Assembly (NCBI GenBank): GCA_965225725.1
Contig: CBDDBI010000010.1
Span: 169,229-233,228 of the forward strand
Source of the DNA: an uncultured Granulicella sp.
Lineage (GTDB): Bacteria > Acidobacteriota > Terriglobia > Terriglobales > Acidobacteriaceae
DNA: 64,000 bases
Reading direction: 5' to 3'
Shown in pieces: positions 60,161 to 64,000 of this stretch. The notes under the pieces are model-generated. The model saw only the letters and a program-made list of their open reading frames with translations, searched no databases and was not told where the DNA came from. Within the stretch, counting starts at the first letter, position 1, and each line of letters begins with the position of its first letter. Made by a program: the position numbers and the translations under genes.

Positions 60161-61801
60161 TTACTTGATGTTGGCTTCGAAGACGCGGAAGCGGTGCTCC
60201 AGTTCCCACTGCTCCGCGGCGTGCGGGTTCGCCTTCAGGAAGTCGCCGCAAGCGCCGGATGCGGCTTCGGCACCCAGGGGCAGCGAGGCGCATGGCTTCA
60301 CTGTCTTCGAGAAGTCATCGGGCCGCGCCCACAGGCTTTCTCCCGGCAGGAAGGTGTGTTCGACGCCGGTGCGCGCCATCTGCTTCAGATCGGCGTAGTC
60401 GAGCCCGAACTCCAGCGCGGCAGTCTCGTACTCGTGCGTAAGATCGATGCGCGAGACGCCTTCATCGTCCGTATTGAGCGATACCGGCACATGAGCCGCG
60501 CGGTAGTTGGGCAGAGGATGATTGGGGGCTACGATGCCGAGAATGCCCTCATTCGAGGTCAGGTTGATCTCGATCATCACGTGCTTTGCCGCGAGCTCCC
60601 GCAGCAGCCCGTTAGGGTCAGTCTCGTACATAACGTCGACGCCGTGGCCGATGCGTTCCGCGTGGCCGAGATCGACCGCTTCATGGATGTGGAAGCGCAG
60701 CCCGGCGGGCGGCACCATTCCGGGTGCGAGCTCGCCCGCGTGCAGCGAGATATGCACCTTCGGGTAGATGGAGTGGAGGTAGTCGAGCATGCGCATCTGC
60801 CGGCTGTACTCGCTCATGGCGCGGTAATCGTCTTCAGGCTGCACGAAGTTGATGCCAACCACGTCGGGGTCAACGGAGGCGACTTCGAAGCCGAGCAGCG
60901 TCTGCGCGAAGACCTGCTGCGGCGTGTTCGCGCGGAGAATCTGGTAGATCCACTCGATCTTCACCTGGCAGGCCGGCAGCGCGGTAGGCGTGCCGCAGTG
61001 CTCCAGGCGTTTACGCTCTGCGAGCGCATCGTCGAACTCGGCTCGATCGACTGCGACCTCTTCGCGGAGCCCGGCGGCGAGGAGCTTGTCGCGCAGGCTG
61101 GAAAGCTCCGCGCGAGAGGTGCCGGAGACGTCGCCCGGCACGCTCGACGCTGCGGTTGTCTCTGGCTTCAGCGGCGCAGGCCAGCCGATCTGGTTTCCGA
61201 TCTCGCGCGCATGGGTGAAGGTCGGCGTGTTCATAATCTCGAGATACTGCTCGTTCTGGGCGGCGGCGCGGCTCGCTACCTCGTCGAGCCACTCGCCCGT
61301 GTGCTTGCCGCTGAAGGCGCCGAAGCGTGCGAAGGTGGCGAAGAACTGATCATGGCCGTCAATGCCGGACTTCGGTACGAAGGTGCGAAGGGAGAAGGAA
61401 TCTACGAGAGCGTTGTATAGGTTTTGCGCCTCCGGATTCCGCGGAGACATCACCTCAGACGCGGAAACCGAGCCGGCCGAACATGCGGCTCCGGTGTCGA
61501 GCGGTTTGACGAGGGCCAGCTTGGCGGTGTCGACGCAGAGGCCGTCTTCGACCGCGTCCTTGAGGAAGGTTTCCGCGTAGACGGCTCCGGAGAGGTGCAT
61601 GTGCAGATCAGCGCCCTTGGGCATGGATTCCAGGAACGCGTGGAGGGCCAGAGGTCCACCTTTGCGGGCTCTCTCAAATGCTGCTGAGGCACGCTGCTCG
61701 CTGCCCCTTCCTGCGGCTGGAGAGGCGGAGGTGACGGGCGTTTGCGCGCACACGGTGAGGGGTGCAGCCAGCCCCAGGAAAGCAATCGATCGTAAAAGCA
61801 T
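60161..61801 (-). CDS. Secreted adenosine deaminase-like protein
   Basis: Signal peptide; MPKGADLHMHLSG, LHAGE, RIGHG and NTDD. Confidence 0.85.
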   Translation of the reverse strand: MLLRSIAFLGLAAPLTVCAQTPVTSASPAAGRGSEQRASAAFERARKGGPLALHAFLESMPKGADLHMHLSGAVYAETFLKDAVEDGLCVDTAKLALVKPLDTGAACSAGSVSASEVMSPRNPEAQNLYNALVDSFSLRTFVPKSGIDGHDQFFATFARFGAFSGKHTGEWLDEVASRAAAQNEQYLEIMNTPTFTHAREIGNQIGWPAPLKPETTAASSVPGDVSGTSRAELSSLRDKLLAAGLREEVAVDRAEFDDALAERKRLEHCGTPTALPACQVKIEWIYQILRANTPQQVFAQTLLGFEVASVDPDVVGINFVQPEDDYRAMSEYSRQMRMLDYLHSIYPKVHISLHAGELAPGMVPPAGLRFHIHEAVDLGHAERIGHGVDVMYETDPNGLLRELAAKHVMIEINLTSNEGILGIVAPNHPLPNYRAAHVPVSLNTDDEGVSRIDLTHEYETAALEFGLDYADLKQMARTGVEHTFLPGESLWARPDDFSKTVKPCASLPLGAEAASGACGDFLKANPHAAEQWELEHRFRVFEANIK

Positions 61802-61856
61802 GAGCCCATCTTAGAGCAGATTCGCTTTGACTCCGGCGTCTATTCGACAACGTAGC

Positions 61857-61886
61857 TTGGCGCGAACGCCGCTCCATTGCTATACT
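61857..61886 (+). promoter_or_regulatory. Promoter upstream of tRNA-Phe
   Basis: TTGGCG-18 nt-TATACT with TGc extended -10. Confidence 0.5.
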
Positions 61887-62041
61887 GAGGTTGCGTTTGC
61901 GCGGCAAACCCTGGAAGCACGTTTGCGGCGGATTTACTCCTCTTGTCTCCTGATCAAAATCCTGGAGCAGACAGGCCGGTAGAACAGACGTTTGTGCGCC
62001 TTCGATCCTTCTTGGCGGTCGGCCACAACAAGCATCGCCAA

Positions 62042-62116
62042 GGCCAGATAGCTCAGTGGTAGAGCGCGGCCCTGAAAAGGCCGGCGTCGGCGGTTCGATC
62101 CCGTCTCTGGCCACCA
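62042..62116 (+). tRNA. tRNA-Phe (GAA)
   Basis: Acceptor stem GGCCAGA/TCTGGCC, D arm GCTC/GAGC, anticodon arm CGGCC-CTGAAAA-GGCCG, GTTCGAT T loop, encoded CCA. Confidence 0.97.
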
Positions 62117-62218
62117 CATTCTAAAGCACTTAGTAGCAACCAGAATTAACTCAGATTAGTTCAAGACACATATAGGACACATCCTTGATAGCAAGTGGGA
62201 CCTCTCGGTACCACTCAG

Positions 62219-63352
62219 TCAAGCTCGCTGTCCTGCTTTCTTTTGTGCAACGGCACTCTCTCCCCCCTCTGGCTGCGGTTCCAGCTTGCTCCAAAGCTCG
62301 CGGGAAACGTTGCCGGTCTTCACGATGTGCGCCCTGGCTAGGTCGGCGTATCGCTCCGTCATCCTGATGTTGGAATGACCGAGCAACTTCGAAAGCTCGT
62401 AGAGGTCGCCACCCGACATCATGTACCAAGAAGCAAAGGTGTGGCGCAGATCGTGGAAACGAAAGTCTCGAATCTTTGCCCTCTCAAGCAATTCATGAAA
62501 ACTCTTATCCGCACGCTGACGCCCACTGGTTGCACCTGGTTCGGGAGGCAAGATGCGATCCTCCCCTATGACGGACGGGTATCGCCGAATCTCTTCTCCG
62601 AGTTCAGGCGGCATTGGTACAAGGCGCACTTTGCCCTTCTTGAGCCTTGCCCTCACGGCGATTAATCCCTCGCCGTAGAGGATGTCCTCCCACTCGAGCC
62701 GAAAGATCTCTCCCTTTCGCATACCCGTTCCAACGGCAATCAGGACCAGCAGACGAAGCCGAAGATTCGTCTGGTTGATGTCCTTAGTCCCTCTCCGGTA
62801 CATCCTCTCGTCGAGAGCCACCTTTAATCGGAGAAGTTCCTCCTTGGAAAGGTAGCGCTTCCTCGCATCATCGATGTGCTCTACTTCGACCTGGTCGGCG
62901 GGGTTCCGATCAAGTCCGGTCACCGTCGTCCAGATGGTAGATGCCTTCCTCATCATGTGGTGCATGACGTGGAAGTGGCGCTCCGCAGTGTTCACGGCCA
63001 ACTCACGAACATCCGTCAGGTAGTCGTACCATTCCTGCACAGCCATTCCATCCACCTCTCTCACGAACATTCGTCCAAGTTGCGATCGAATGCCTTCGAC
63101 GATGCTCTTCTCTCGATCCGCTGATTTTTTCTTTACCCCGTACTGCTCCCAGTAACGGTCGATCAGGTCGTCCATCCGGTAGTTGATTTCCTTCTTCACA
63201 TCGAGGTGCCGGTTTTCAGCTCGAAGTGTGAGCTTCTTTCGCTCAATATCTCTTGCAAGAGTGGCCGAGCCGTGGACCAGTACGCTCCGGGCGCGACCTC
63301 CCTCTCTCCAACGGACTTTGTACAGTCCTTCGTCTAGCTTTGTGACAGACAT
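62219..63352 (-). CDS. Tyrosine recombinase/phage integrase
   Basis: GMRKGE (R), KKGK (K), FHDLRH (HxxR), LGHSN (H) and RYADL (Y). Confidence 0.93.
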   Translation of the reverse strand: MSVTKLDEGLYKVRWREGGRARSVLVHGSATLARDIERKKLTLRAENRHLDVKKEINYRMDDLIDRYWEQYGVKKKSADREKSIVEGIRSQLGRMFVREVDGMAVQEWYDYLTDVRELAVNTAERHFHVMHHMMRKASTIWTTVTGLDRNPADQVEVEHIDDARKRYLSKEELLRLKVALDERMYRRGTKDINQTNLRLRLLVLIAVGTGMRKGEIFRLEWEDILYGEGLIAVRARLKKGKVRLVPMPPELGEEIRRYPSVIGEDRILPPEPGATSGRQRADKSFHELLERAKIRDFRFHDLRHTFASWYMMSGGDLYELSKLLGHSNIRMTERYADLARAHIVKTGNVSRELWSKLEPQPEGGESAVAQKKAGQRA

Positions 63353-63363
63353 CTGACGTCTCC

Positions 63364-63615
63364 TTAGTCAATGGTTCCGATTGTGTGTTCGTCGATATAG
63401 CGGTTTAGAGCCACTAGATCGAAGCGCAACGCACGACCGGCCTTGACGTGAGGAATCGCCCGTAGCTGGACCCACTTGTGGAGCGTATCCACACTGACGC
63501 CCAAATACTGGGCAGCCTCCCCGACGTTCAGGAGCCGCCTTCCAATGCTTCCATTTGACACTATTGCCGTTGACTTTTCAGTTGTTGCGCCGATGTCTCG
63601 CTGTAGTCCGTGCAT
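63364..63615 (-). CDS. Excisionase-like HTH (HTH_17) protein
   Basis: LLNVGEAAQYLGVSVDTLHKWV...IPHVKAGRALRFD. Confidence 0.88.
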   Translation of the reverse strand: MHGLQRDIGATTEKSTAIVSNGSIGRRLLNVGEAAQYLGVSVDTLHKWVQLRAIPHVKAGRALRFDLVALNRYIDEHTIGTID

Positions 63616-63774
63616 AAACACTTTTCCTCCTTGCACTTGCGGCGCTTCGCAGCAACATGCTCGCCAGATTTGATCGGAGATTTTCCTCGTGGAGCGGACC
63701 TGATCCAACACCGACCCGTTCCATCCGCCTTGGTACGTGTGCTGCGGCGACGCTTGTTCATATGTAGGTTGGGT

Positions 63775-64000
63775 TCAAAACTCGGTCAAATCCCCCTGTC
63801 TTTTGCCCTTTCCGATCCGCGCATTGTCGAGGTCACCGTCCCAACCTCCCTCTGTTCGAGTTCGAGCGCAAGATGCGATGAAGTCATCATCTTGCCTAGG
63901 ACACATAAGAGCGGACAGATTTGACCGAGTTTCGGAATCGCTCCATGCTGGCACCGTGTTCGAGGAGGTGGCCATGGGGCTGAGGGCGAAGTATTTCTTG
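63775..64000 (-). CDS. C-terminal part of a gene entering from beyond the window end
   Basis: The frame stays open to the window edge (KKYFALSPMATSS...); no recognisable motif. Confidence 0.4.
   Translation of the reverse strand, partial: KKYFALSPMATSSNTVPAWSDSETRSNLSALMCPRQDDDFIASCARTRTEGGWDGDLDNARIGKGKRQGDLTEF

Larger units (their letters stand above)
62117..64000. mobile_element. Left end of an integrated element (prophage/ICE/island) at the tRNA-Phe 3' end
   Basis: Integrase and excisionase abut the tRNA 3' end; GC and codon usage drop visibly; the element runs out of the window. Confidence 0.8.

Overview
A 64 kb chromosomal window from a high-GC bacterium, most likely Acidobacteriota (Oar-type TonB receptor, acidobacterial VWA proteins, rluD/lgt, short PheT). 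It holds about 60 mostly housekeeping or accessory genes: relBE-yggS-yggU; a circularly permuted ATP-grasp/alpha-E/transglutaminase cluster; a TonB receptor; a DprE1/DprE2-like pair; rpmI-rplT; rocD; gyrB; VOC plus a YafY/WYL regulator; a frameshifted Tat amidase; a lower-GC PD-(D/E)XK nuclease; pcrA; add; two VWA genes; rluD; an lgt-like gene; 6S RNA; zapA/zapB; two diguanylate cyclases; pheS/pheT; a HAD-UbiA fusion; glgP; and a secreted adenosine deaminase. It ends with tRNA-Phe(GAA) and the integrase/excisionase end of an integrated element that runs out of the window. Best leads: (1) a stand-alone protein resembling the C-terminal domain of archaeal primase large subunit PriL without its Fe-S cysteines; (2) a strand-composition (GC skew) switch at about 26-28 kb with most genes converging on it; (3) a modular ~180 bp palindromic element with 8 full or partial copies; (4) a dispersed but apparently complete polyprenyl-phospho-arabinose pathway; (5) a 51-aa very basic ORF missed by the ORF track; (6) a recurring leaderless-promoter signature. 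All family assignments come from motif recognition by eye; no database was searched.
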